64,000 nucleotides of DNA. Origin: Bacillota bacterium. GTDB taxonomy: Bacteria; Bacillota_I; Bacilli_A; RF39; UBA660. Both the position numbers and the translations under genes were made by a program. Under the pieces are notes generated by a model. That model saw only the letters and a program-made list of their open reading frames with translations. It did no database searches and was not told the origin of the DNA. The stretch lies in the NCBI GenBank assembly GCA_015059155.1, contig SVAX01000001.1:90247-154246 (forward strand). Reading direction: 5' to 3'. Below are positions 23,841-33,015 of this stretch, in pieces; within the stretch, counting starts at the first letter, position 1; every line of letters starts with the position of its first letter.

Positions 23841-24340
23841 TTATTCTAACCTAGCTTCTTTTATTAATTCTATTATTAAACTATAAGCATCATATATTTT
23901 TCCATTAAAAGATATCTTTTTATTTTCTATCTTTTTTGGTTCTAGCCTATCAAATAATTCATCTAATTTACCTTTACATTCGATTATTTCGTATTCTACT
24001 GTAGTTAATCTTCTAAACATATCTTTATTTTCATTTATGAATTTTCTCATATTTATAAATGCATTAATTATTTTCTTACTTATTTGAACAGCTATATCAC
24101 TTTTTAACATCCCAGAAAGCATCATTATTCCATATTCTCTAAATACATACGGTAAATATCTCCTACCACTATACTCACTATTCAAACTTGAGGTGCCAAA
24201 ATGTCACCTCAAGTTTTTATATTCGATTTCTGTTAATTGAAAACAATAACTTTCTTGAAATCTTTCTTTATTTCTTTGAACTTGTCTATTTAAATATTTA
24301 GTCTCAAATCCATAAAGATTAGCTACATCTCTTGTATCTA
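23841..24340 (-). pseudogene. ORF6N-domain (phage anti-repressor-like) gene remnant with an in-frame TGA
   Basis: Upstream of the track ORF the frame continues as CHLVDTRDVANLYGFETKYLNRQVQRNKERFQESYCFQLTEIEYKNLR*HFGTSSLNSEYSGRRYLPYVF. This is a typical ORF6N sequence interrupted by TGA. The N-terminus is cut off by a TAG that abuts the neighbouring gene. Confidence 0.6.
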
Positions 24341-24350
24341 CCAAATGGCA

Positions 24351-25376
24351 CTATTCATTTTTTATATCAATATACATGTTTATATCTTGTTCAGTAGGTA
24401 GTTTATCTAATATATCTTTTTGAACTTTATTAATAACATTATATGACGCAACACCAATTGGAACACTTATGAAATCAAGTGCCCACTCAACCGAAAGTTT
24501 ATCTTTTTCTTTGCATAATAATAATCCTATCGTTTGATTATCTTGTTCTTTTTTTAATATCTTGTCTACTGCTGTAACATAAAATCCTAATTGCCCTATA
24601 TATTCTGGTTTAAATTCAGTTGCTTTTAATTCTACAACTATATAACATCGTAAATCTAAATGATAAAATAACATATCAATATAATAATCCTGATTATCTG
24701 TACTTATTTTATATTGATTACCTATGAAACAAAAAACTTTGCCTAGTTCTAAAAGTACATCTCTTATTTTTGTAACCATGTGTTCTTCTAAGTCTTTTTC
24801 TACATAATTTTTCTTTAATCCCTCCAATTCAAAAATATAAGGATCTTTTATTATTTCATTAGCTAAATCACTATTATTTTTTAATTCAATATTTTGATTA
24901 AAATTAGTAAATTTATTAGATAATTTTTTTCTTTCATATAACCCTAATTCAATTTGATGTACAAGAACTGTTTTTGACCAACCATTTTTTAAGCATTCCT
25001 CTGCATACCAGATTCTTTTATTCCTGTCTTTAACCTTTTCTAATAATATATAATTATGAGTCCATGGTAATTCTGCCACTGCTTGTGGCAGAATTAAAAA
25101 ATCTTTATATTGCTCATAAAACGCTTTCATTCTCCACAAATTTCTTTCTGAAAATCCAGTTGAATTAGGAAATTCTAACTTTAAAGATTTGGATAGTATT
25201 AATATAAAATTATTTCCATACTTAGTATTTTCACTTATATTTTTACCCATTCTAAAATACATATTTATTAATTCTCTATTTGCATTATACATTATTTTAT
25301 TTCTTGTATTAATCACATCTTGCTTAATAATATCAATAGTTTTTATAATTTCTATTTTTTCTATATTTTCTATCAT
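24351..25376 (-). CDS. YhcG-like PDDEXK nuclease (DUF1016) protein, copy 2
   Basis: Same architecture as 16642-17538 (...IDMLFYHLDLRCYIVVELK...). The start MIENIEK follows AAAGGAG. Confidence 0.7.
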   Translation of the reverse strand: MIENIEKIEIIKTIDIIKQDVINTRNKIMYNANRELINMYFRMGKNISENTKYGNNFILILSKSLKLEFPNSTGFSERNLWRMKAFYEQYKDFLILPQAVAELPWTHNYILLEKVKDRNKRIWYAEECLKNGWSKTVLVHQIELGLYERKKLSNKFTNFNQNIELKNNSDLANEIIKDPYIFELEGLKKNYVEKDLEEHMVTKIRDVLLELGKVFCFIGNQYKISTDNQDYYIDMLFYHLDLRCYIVVELKATEFKPEYIGQLGFYVTAVDKILKKEQDNQTIGLLLCKEKDKLSVEWALDFISVPIGVASYNVINKVQKDILDKLPTEQDINMYIDIKNE

Positions 25377-25455
25377 ATTTCTCCTTTCCAAATTATACAA
25401 ATAATATTTGCGTATTTATTAAATACTGATATTGTTGAACCAATATCGTAGTGTA

Positions 25456-25572
25456 TTACCATCTTGTCATAAAAATAGTTGTGACATTTGATTCTTGATA
25501 TTCGCTATCTATCATAACCTGTTTGCCTCTTATTTCATATATTAAATTTTCTATTTTTATTTTTTCTAACAT
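25456..25572 (-). pseudogene. Second short ORF6N N-terminal remnant (38 codons)
   Basis: MLEKIKIENLIYEIRGKQVMIDSEYQESNVTTIFMTRW. IRGKQVMIDS is the canonical ORF6N N-terminus and the rest is degenerate. RBS AAAGGAG lies upstream. Confidence 0.45.
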
Positions 25573-25766
25573 AACTACTCCTTTCAGTTATTACATTAAT
25601 ACCATACTTATAAAAATAAATCAAAAACTAGTTTTTAAATTTTTGTACTATAAAATTAACAGGATTTATTTATTTTTATAAATTTCAAAAGAAAACTGCA
25701 AAAAATAATAAACAATATTATAAAAACTGTAATAAAACAAAAAAACTCAAATTTCTTTGAGTTAAT

Positions 25767-26393
25767 TTATTTATGACTATCTTTCCATTTTTTATATTCT
25801 TTTTTCATACATACCCCACAAGGTCTATAGCCCAACTGTTTAGCAACTTCTTCATTTTCAAAAAAAACTCTATTACTAATATAATACCCTTTTCCTATCC
25901 AACTTAAAGCACTTTTACAATCTAATTGCCCATATATTTTTAATTTTTTATTACCACCTAAAGTTCCAGGTATTTTACTTAAAACTATTCCATCTAAAGT
26001 TAATAATTTATAATGCTTTTTACCATACTTTATAAAATTATTTTTAACTCTTTCTAATAAAAGTTTATATCTATTCTTTGTATCTTCATTAGAAAGAAGA
26101 TATTCTCTAGTTCTTTCTTCTCCATTTTTATAATCAGGTAATTCATTAAATTGAAATACAGTTAAATCAACTATTTTTTCATTTATTAAATTATAATAGT
26201 GACTCCCTGTTTCACTTTCACATCTCATAATTTTTCCACCTAAAAAATCATTTAATACTAGAGCAGTAATCGCACATTGTCCTAAAGTTTTATTTTCTTT
26301 ATTCCACTTGTCTCTTAAACTAGGATAACAAGTATCTTTATTAAAAGACTTACTAACTATTTCACACACTTCATCTATTATCATAAACATCAC
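25767..26393 (-). CDS. YunG-like domain fused to an Ada-type zinc-binding domain
   Basis: The N-terminal half (WNKENKTLGQCAITALVLNDFLGG) recalls B. subtilis YunG. The C-terminal LGYRPCGVCMKKEY resembles the Ada_Zn_binding motif. Confidence 0.45.
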   Translation of the reverse strand: MMFMIIDEVCEIVSKSFNKDTCYPSLRDKWNKENKTLGQCAITALVLNDFLGGKIMRCESETGSHYYNLINEKIVDLTVFQFNELPDYKNGEERTREYLLSNEDTKNRYKLLLERVKNNFIKYGKKHYKLLTLDGIVLSKIPGTLGGNKKLKIYGQLDCKSALSWIGKGYYISNRVFFENEEVAKQLGYRPCGVCMKKEYKKWKDSHK

Positions 26394-26428
26394 AATTTTA
26401 TTTTATCATTTATAAATTAATATGTAAA

Positions 26429-27286
26429 TTATATTTTAATTAGAATTACACCTACTATTATAAGTATACTCGCAATTATCTTTCTAATTAAATTACTCTT
26501 TTCTTTAAGTAAAAAGTAAGAAACAACAATATTTAAAATAACTGTTAAACTAGTGAGAGGTGCGACTACTATCACATTACCTAACTCGTAAGATTTCAAT
26601 TTAGATATCATCATAAGTGTCCAAGATATACTAGTTAAAAACAGAATGATTTTATTAGCTTTTTTATATTCATTAACTATTTCTTTTATTTTTATTTTTT
26701 CAAATATAAATATTAATATTAAAGGTATTAAAAAAGTTAATAGTACATAAAAAGCTAAGTTAAATTCTTTTGAATAATTAACATCTATAAAAAGAGCAAT
26801 GGCTAAACTTATATTAGCTAGTATTCCTTGTATTAAATATTTATTAAATTTAAAATTTTCTTTTTTATAAAATACTAATATATTACTTATTATTATTATT
26901 GAAGCACCTATAATCTTATTTGAAACAAAAGGTTCTTTAAAGAACAATAAACCCATAATTATCATAAATACTGTTGATAATTGTTTTAAAATATTATAAG
27001 TAGATGCTTCTAGCCCACTTCTAGCTGTTGTACCTATACGATCATTTAAAGTATAGAATATAATAGCTAGAAATAAAAAAATATACACTTTATAATCAGT
27101 TGGAAATTTAATTTCAAATAAAGGAATCATAAGTATACAAATGATTGATGAAATAATTTGTATTAATATTGTTAAAGCACCAGCACTATTCATATTTTTA
27201 GTAATTATTTTATATCCTTGATTAAAAACAGTAGAAACAATTAAATAAATAATTATATAAAATTTAAAATTGTTTAATAAATTCAT
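26429..27286 (-). CDS. EamA/DMT-superfamily transporter
   Basis: Ten predicted TM helices arranged as two EamA-like halves. Confidence 0.65.
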   Translation of the reverse strand: MNLLNNFKFYIIIYLIVSTVFNQGYKIITKNMNSAGALTILIQIISSIICILMIPLFEIKFPTDYKVYIFLFLAIIFYTLNDRIGTTARSGLEASTYNILKQLSTVFMIIMGLLFFKEPFVSNKIIGASIIIISNILVFYKKENFKFNKYLIQGILANISLAIALFIDVNYSKEFNLAFYVLLTFLIPLILIFIFEKIKIKEIVNEYKKANKIILFLTSISWTLMMISKLKSYELGNVIVVAPLTSLTVILNIVVSYFLLKEKSNLIRKIIASILIIVGVILIKI

Positions 27287-27331
27287 ATAACCACCTATTT
27301 AATTATATAAAAAAAAGGATAAATTATCCTT

Positions 27332-28120
27332 TTAAACTCCCATTGTCATAGTTTCTGGTAATGTACTACCACCATCTATTACTATTCCTTGAGCAGTAAT
27401 ATAACTAGATTCTTGACTTGCTAAAAACGCAGCTAACTCACCTAATTCTTCTATTGTTCCAAGTCTTTTCATAGGTATTGCACTAGCAATTCCATCTACT
27501 ACTGATTCTGGATTATCTGGATTTGATATAACAGCCATATTATCTACCATAGGTGTTCTTATATATCCTGGCATAATTGCATTAACTCTTATATCATCAT
27601 TAACAAGTTCTGCAGCAAGTCCTTTAGTAAATCCTATTATAGCAGATTTAGTAGTTGCATAAGCAACCTCACCACTATCGGCTACCATTGGTCCAGTAAC
27701 ACTAGATAAATTCACTATAGATGCTTTTCTATTTTTCATATATGGTAAACATGCTTTTGTTACATTCCAAGTACCTTTTATATTTATATCAAAATGAAAA
27801 TCTCTTAAAGTATCATCCATATCTTCAAATTTTTCTAAACGGCATACTCCTGCATTATTTACAAGTATATCAATATGTCCAAAAGTATTTACTACTTCTT
27901 GAATATATTTATTAACATCTTCCATATTTCTAATATCAACTTTATAACCTATTACTACATTATCATCACTCTTTAATGAATTTACAGTTTCATAAATTGA
28001 TTCATCATAATCAAGTATAATTACTTTTGCTCCATACTTTAGAAATGTTTTTACTATTCCAAGTCCATTTCCCATTGCTCCACCAGTTACTACAGCTATT
28101 TTATTTTCTAATTTTCTCAT
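27332..28120 (-). CDS. SDR-family oxidoreductase
   Basis: TGGAMGNGLG cofactor motif, NNAG and catalytic YATTK. Confidence 0.85.
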   Translation of the reverse strand: MRKLENKIAVVTGGAMGNGLGIVKTFLKYGAKVIILDYDESIYETVNSLKSDDNVVIGYKVDIRNMEDVNKYIQEVVNTFGHIDILVNNAGVCRLEKFEDMDDTLRDFHFDINIKGTWNVTKACLPYMKNRKASIVNLSSVTGPMVADSGEVAYATTKSAIIGFTKGLAAELVNDDIRVNAIMPGYIRTPMVDNMAVISNPDNPESVVDGIASAIPMKRLGTIEELGELAAFLASQESSYITAQGIVIDGGSTLPETMTMGV

Positions 28121-28232
28121 ATATTACCTCCATAATAATTTTAATATATTTTTTTAAATATGTCTATAATATTTTTTTATAACAAACTATATACCTCAAT
28201 TATTTAATTAAAAAAAGAGATATATCCCTTTT

Positions 28233-28847
28233 TTATTTTTCATTACAATCTTCACAAGTTGTAAGATATGGTATAACTCTATTCATGTATTTTGTTAAGC
28301 TTGCTTTTAGGTCTTTTACTTCTTCTTTAGTCCAGTATTCTTCAGGATCTTCTAATTCATTTTTATCAAGAGATGTTTCACAGTTATTTCCAACTAGTTT
28401 TCCTTCAGCATGGAAAGATACATTAGGAACAAAAAGATCTTTGTTTCCATCTTCATCTTCTTGTAATCTTGCATCAAGTAATTCTACTATTTTTTTATAT
28501 TTTTTAGTATTATTTTCTTGTTCTTCTTTAATATTAAAATAGTATACTTCTTCTATTTCCATTTCTTTGGCAGTTTCATCTAAATATTTAACATAAGCTT
28601 GACACCATTCACTTTCAGGATAACCTAAATAAATAACTCCAGTGCCTTCTTCCATAATTTCAATAATTTCATCAATGTCTTTGTAAACAAAAACATTATC
28701 TTCTGAAACTTCTTTATATTCTTTTGCAAACTTCTCTGCATCTGTCATATGTGCTTCTTTATAAGCTTTTACACCAAAGAATATTCCTAGACCAATTCCG
28801 ATCGCTACAATTAGACCTAAAGCAATAATTAAAATTCTTTTCTTCAT
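28233..28847 (-). CDS. Membrane-anchored thioredoxin-fold-like protein
   Basis: N-terminal TM anchor. The fold call is tentative and no CxxC motif is present. Confidence 0.35.
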   Translation of the reverse strand: MKKRILIIALGLIVAIGIGLGIFFGVKAYKEAHMTDAEKFAKEYKEVSEDNVFVYKDIDEIIEIMEEGTGVIYLGYPESEWCQAYVKYLDETAKEMEIEEVYYFNIKEEQENNTKKYKKIVELLDARLQEDEDGNKDLFVPNVSFHAEGKLVGNNCETSLDKNELEDPEEYWTKEEVKDLKASLTKYMNRVIPYLTTCEDCNEK

Positions 28848-28958
28848 ACCTTTACCTCCTACTTTAATTCTACTATTTTTTATATTTAAAAGTCAATAGG
28901 TAGTTATTTTTCATATAAAAAAGCGGTTTATTTTTCAAAACCGGAGTTATTAAAACTA

Positions 28959-30227
28959 CTATTTTTTAAAATTATTTAGTATTTTATTCAACCAATTACT
29001 TATTCTAACTCTATTAATATAAGTTAATATTCCTAATGCTACTATAGCAATTAATGATATTAAACTTTTCAAAAATGTTGGTTCATTGCTTTTTGAACTA
29101 TTAGAATTAACTAATTTTACTGTACTTTTAATAACATTGTATTTAGAATCTTCTTTTGTAGTTGTATATCCTGATTTAAGATATTCGGTTGGATTTGACG
29201 AATATTCTCCTCCACTTATAAATCCACTATGTATATCTTTAAATGAATCAGAGAAAGAAAATACTTCTTTTCCATTATTACTTACAAAATTGCCACCTGA
29301 TATACTCATTGAATATATTAAACTTTGGTTTCCTCTTCCTATGTATTCATATAGTACATTACTATTTTCACTAATAAAATTTCCCCTACTTATATCTATT
29401 TCAATTTTACCTTTATACCCATTGTTAGATTCTATTTGAATTGCAGTACCACTTGCTTTTATTCCATTGTTATAACCTTCTGTAGGAGTTTTATCTTCTC
29501 CATTACCTATTACTGTAGCCCCATTTATTATTAATTTTCCAGACTTTATTCCTATACCAGATTCTACTCCTTCTATATATGCATCACCTATATAAAAAGT
29601 AGAATACCCAGCTATATAAAGTCCATTCCCAGTTGATTTAATTAAAGCATCATCACTTATACTAACTACAGGATGAGCTTCTTCATCTTTTATATTACCA
29701 TTTACATATATACCTATTCCAGTTCCGCCATTAACATCATTAACTGCATTTATTTTGCCATCTAAATAAACATTAACACCATAAGATTTAGAATTTTCAT
29801 GATTAATAAAAATTCCTGACCAACCTTCTAAAGTTACATCTTTACCTACATGAACACTACTATATTTATCATTAGTAACTTCACTACTTCCTACTAACAT
29901 AATAGCTCCATAGTTAGGACTTGTTTCTTTTATCGTTCCATTACCACTTATATCTAAAAATCCACCTTTTATCATAAATACTTTTTCAGGAGCTGTTATA
30001 TCATTTCCATTAAGATTTATATTAACTTCTTTATTAATGGTTAAAGTATCTTCTAATACTACATCAGAAACTAACATAATAGTATCAGCACTAGATGCAT
30101 TTAAAATAGCCTCTTCTAAAGAATCATAATACTTATTTCCTATTTTAGCCATAGGAGTTATACTTGCACTAACAAACATTGGTAACATAAAAATACCTAT
30201 TAAACTAAATATTATTTTTTTATACAT
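28959..30227 (-). CDS. Surface protein with right-handed beta-helix-like repeats and a C-terminal TM anchor
   Basis: Signal peptide, G/N/I-rich repeats (GNG..I...G) and a C-terminal hydrophobic helix followed by a basic tail. Confidence 0.5.
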   Translation of the reverse strand: MYKKIIFSLIGIFMLPMFVSASITPMAKIGNKYYDSLEEAILNASSADTIMLVSDVVLEDTLTINKEVNINLNGNDITAPEKVFMIKGGFLDISGNGTIKETSPNYGAIMLVGSSEVTNDKYSSVHVGKDVTLEGWSGIFINHENSKSYGVNVYLDGKINAVNDVNGGTGIGIYVNGNIKDEEAHPVVSISDDALIKSTGNGLYIAGYSTFYIGDAYIEGVESGIGIKSGKLIINGATVIGNGEDKTPTEGYNNGIKASGTAIQIESNNGYKGKIEIDISRGNFISENSNVLYEYIGRGNQSLIYSMSISGGNFVSNNGKEVFSFSDSFKDIHSGFISGGEYSSNPTEYLKSGYTTTKEDSKYNVIKSTVKLVNSNSSKSNEPTFLKSLISLIAIVALGILTYINRVRISNWLNKILNNFKK

Positions 30228-30504
30228 ATTCCACCTCATTAAATCTTATTCATTTAAATAATTTGTAAAACGAAATTAATAAGTTTTATATATTGTTATA
30301 TAAATTTATTTTATCTTCATAAGTTAATTTTGACATATAAAAAACACGTTTATATGTACAAGAAACGTGGTTAATATTAATATTTACAATCCTTCTTTTA
30401 AAGAATTCTTCCATTATTTTTATTTGCTGATAGGATTTCTTTTTATACAATCTGTGTATTTTTTATTAGTATTTTATGTAGCGCCATTAACACATTATTT
30501 ATTT

Positions 30505-30909
30505 TCATTTAATTTTACTATTCGTTTTCATCTCTATTACATATTCTGCTAAAGGTATATCTGCTTGAGCTAATTCATAGTTTAATAACTCATTTTTATT
30601 TACCCATGCAATTTCAGAATGATCATGTAATTTAAATTCTCCACTAACATAATCACAACTATATAATCTTAAATCAACAATTTTAGTTGGATATTCACAT
30701 ACATTGTTAACAATAAATTTTTTAACTTTAATTTCTAATTCAAATTCTTCTAAAATTTCTCTTTCTATTGCATGTATTTCATCCTCGTTTAATTCTACTT
30801 TCCCTCCTGGAAATTCCCATTTTCCCAATACATTAGGGTCACCAGTAGATCGTTTTGCGATTAAAACTTTATCCTCTTTTTCTATTAGTGCAGCTACAAC
30901 TTTAATCAT
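30505..30909 (-). CDS. NUDIX hydrolase (MutT-like)
   Basis: Nudix box GKWEFPGGKVELNEDEIHAIEREILEEFELEI. Confidence 0.8.
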   Translation of the reverse strand: MIKVVAALIEKEDKVLIAKRSTGDPNVLGKWEFPGGKVELNEDEIHAIEREILEEFELEIKVKKFIVNNVCEYPTKIVDLRLYSCDYVSGEFKLHDHSEIAWVNKNELLNYELAQADIPLAEYVIEMKTNSKIK

Positions 30910-31111
30910 TAAAATCACCTGATTAAATTATAACATACTTTTAAGTCAAACTCTACACACGAACTAAAATAGAACTATATAACTTTTTTCTTAGTTTAAA
31001 ATAATTTATTAAAAAATCACTGCATATGTAATTTACATAACCGCATCTTTTCTTATTTAAAATCATAATTAACTTTATAAATGCTTAATTAAGGTAAAAA
31101 GAGAATTTTGA

Positions 31112-31124
31112 TCTCTTCAGGGGG
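31112..31124. repeat. Candidate attL core (TCTCTTCAGGGGG)
   Basis: Identical 13-mer to 49470-49482. On the minus strand it reads CCCCCTGAAGAGA followed by the weak terminator AGAGA-TCAAAAT-TCTCT-TTTT, interpreted as the displaced original 3' end of the target sRNA. Confidence 0.45.
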
Positions 31125-31329
31125 CACTTCCTTTTTATTAGAAAAGTTAGCAAAATGTCATTTTTTTAACAAAACAAATTTGGTCTTATAAAAAACATGT
31201 TTTGCCTTATATTTAAAGAATATCAGCACCTAAGTAGAGACCTAAATTTTTTATTGAAATTTAGTTATAATTATCTACTATATATGTCATTTATGACATT
31301 TTAGGTACCAAATATTTAATAAAAAAGAG

Positions 31330-32685
31330 CTATTTATTTAATTGCTCTTTCTTAGTTATTGTTCCAATTTTTTCAGTTACTTTTTTCTTACTATTTGTTC
31401 TAACTGATTTAATACTATCCTCATTTTTAAAAGCCATTTCTGCTCTTTTTACATATGTTATAAAATTTCCTTTATTACCACCACTATTTTTTTTGTTTTC
31501 TCCTTGTAATGAAAACTTATTATATATATCCTTAATAGTAATTCCGTTTTTACCTTTTATATATTTTTTTATCTTTCTAGTCATTTTATAATAATATTTT
31601 GACATCGTTTTACTTCTAATTGTTATTTTTGAACCATCAAAAGAAAATCCTAAAAAATTAATTATATTTGGAACATTTTCTGTCATAAATATTTCATTAT
31701 TTAAGCATTCTATTCTGCTCTCTTTATATCGATATATATTTGTTTTTTTCTCTTCCAAACTTATTTGTTTAGCTTCATTAACATTACTTTGTATTTTTTG
31801 ATATATTTGTTGTATTTTTTCATTATCATTGTTATCTAATACTAAAATGAAATCATCGGAATATCTTAAATATAAACCGTTATTCGCCATTGCGAGTTCA
31901 TTCATTTCTTTATCAAATTCAATCATGTAAATATTCGCTAATAATCCACTAAGCGGAGAGCCTTGAACTATTCCATAACTATTTTTATTTTCTTTTAGAT
32001 ATTTTTCATTTGTTTTTGTATTATTACCATTTATAAATTTCTTAAACTCATCAATGCTCATCAGAGTATCTAATTTTCTCATATAATATTTTTCAGATCT
32101 TTTATTATTCTTTACAGTGTAATAATCATATAAATCTTCAATATTAACATATTTAAATTTTGTTAAACTTTTAAATACTTTATATAGATTATCATCTATT
32201 TTAGAATTTAAAATTTTCTCTATTCTATTTTTTAATTTCTTATGATCTAAATTATCAAAAAATTTAGTAAAATCTCCTATGATAACAACTGCTTCTTCTT
32301 TTTCTTTTATAAATTCAAAAACTTCATGAGAAAAATCTATATTGCATTTTCCTCTTTCTATTCTATAAGCACCACTACATCTATCAATATCATTTTTAAC
32401 CATATATTCATTATATTTTAATCCAAGGATATGGGCATAATGTTGATAAATATATCTATCCATGTGTGCGCAATAATATATTTCTCTTTTTTTAGGTTCT
32501 TTTTTTGCATATACTTTATTATTAACTGTTTCTAATTTTTTTGATTCAATACTATAATGGATAAACGGAAAAAAGCCATGCTCTTTTATTGTATCATCAC
32601 ATTTTAGCAATCTCTTTGCCTTTTTTATACTCATTTTTTTATCAAAATGTGCATACCTTTTATACTTCAAATATTCCTTCCCCAT
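31330..32685 (-). CDS. Stand-alone reverse transcriptase (UG/Abi/DRT-like, family unassigned)
   Basis: RT motifs IIGDFTKFFDNLDH (A), GIVQGSPLSGLLANIYM (B), YLRYSDDFILV (C) and NFLGFSF (E). The upstream motif REIYYCAHMDRYIYQHYAHIL is also present. ATG at 32685 has a GGGGG SD 5 nt upstream. The track's TTG start at 32730 lies inside a hairpin and is unlikely. Confidence 0.85.
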   Translation of the reverse strand: MGKEYLKYKRYAHFDKKMSIKKAKRLLKCDDTIKEHGFFPFIHYSIESKKLETVNNKVYAKKEPKKREIYYCAHMDRYIYQHYAHILGLKYNEYMVKNDIDRCSGAYRIERGKCNIDFSHEVFEFIKEKEEAVVIIGDFTKFFDNLDHKKLKNRIEKILNSKIDDNLYKVFKSLTKFKYVNIEDLYDYYTVKNNKRSEKYYMRKLDTLMSIDEFKKFINGNNTKTNEKYLKENKNSYGIVQGSPLSGLLANIYMIEFDKEMNELAMANNGLYLRYSDDFILVLDNNDNEKIQQIYQKIQSNVNEAKQISLEEKKTNIYRYKESRIECLNNEIFMTENVPNIINFLGFSFDGSKITIRSKTMSKYYYKMTRKIKKYIKGKNGITIKDIYNKFSLQGENKKNSGGNKGNFITYVKRAEMAFKNEDSIKSVRTNSKKKVTEKIGTITKKEQLNK

Positions 32686-32695
32686 ACTTTCCCCC

Positions 32696-32746
32696 AAAAA
32701 AATGTAAGATACCCACCAAGATTGCAGCAATCTTTAACGGTGGGTA
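32696..32746 (-). promoter_or_regulatory. GC-rich composite hairpin plus U7 tract immediately 5' of the RT start codon
   Basis: RT-sense sequence is UACCCACC-GUUA-AAGAUUGC-U-GCAAUCUU-GGUGGGUA (32710-32746), then UCUUACA, U7 (32696-32702) and GGGGG (SD). The function is unknown; it could be an attenuator, a ncRNA 3' module or an RT-binding stem. Confidence 0.5.
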
Positions 32747-32892
32747 CACTACGGTTCAAAACAATAATTTCTACTAAGTTCATTATTTCAAACAAATATA
32801 ACGCTGCGCCTCCTATTATACATATAGTGTATAATAATAATATAAGAATAATAATATTCTACTATTACTATACCAATCTAAGGGAGGTCAAT

Positions 32893-33015
32893 ATGCAATA
32901 TCAATTAACATTTGTAATAAATATAACATATGTCTTAGACTGTCTTGTCTTTCTCATATTAATATTTATGAAAATTATCAATAAATACTTGACAAGATTA
33001 ATTAATCACCTTTAA
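32893..33015 (+). CDS. Candidate 40-aa hydrophobic peptide (type I toxin-like), antisense to the RT 5' arm
   Basis: SD AGGGAGGT (32881-32888), 4-nt spacer, ATG. Sequence MQYQLTFVINITYVLDCLVFLILIFMKIINKYLTRLINHL has one TM-like helix and a basic tail. Confidence 0.35.
   Translation: MQYQLTFVINITYVLDCLVFLILIFMKIINKYLTRLINHL

Noticed and set aside
24196-24204. In-frame TGA in the ORF6N gene as evidence for UGA=Trp (genetic code 4).
   Set aside because: All well-conserved genes in the window (recA, eno, lepA, dnaJ and others) are complete under the standard code and several end in TGA-free contexts. Homologues have Ser/Gln at this position, so a nonsense mutation is the simpler explanation.
30367-30552. 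A 61-aa plus-strand ORF in the NUDIX-downstream spacer.
   Set aside because: It has a GTG start without an RBS, a hydrophobic low-complexity translation, and it overlaps the NUDIX gene's 3' end.
30919-31329. The RT 3' flank as the RT-associated ncRNA.
   Set aside because: A good intrinsic terminator overlaps the RT stop (31322-31350). The remaining sequence is better explained as the island att arm (TTAGGT motifs, palindromes) plus the displaced sRNA terminator.
31330-32730. Calling the RT a retron RT, a group II intron RT or a diversity-generating retroelement RT.
   Set aside because: There is no intron-like structured flanks or maturase/endonuclease domains. There is no obvious msr/msd inverted-repeat pair with a branching G, no retron VTG motif, and no template/variable repeat pair with a target gene. 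The family is left unassigned pending HMM searches.
32686-32730. The longer RT start at TTG 32730 (MLQSWWVSYIFLGES...) given in the ORF track.
   Set aside because: That extension is encoded by the hairpin/U7/G5 element itself and has no RBS. ATG at 32685 has a G5 SD at the proper distance.
32647-33015. Annotating the whole 122-aa plus-strand ORF as a conventional protein gene.
   Set aside because: The first 80 codons have no start context and an odd composition (YYYY, IIHIVYNNNIRIII). Only the last 40 codons have an SD and ATG. It is kept as an observation rather than as a 122-aa CDS.
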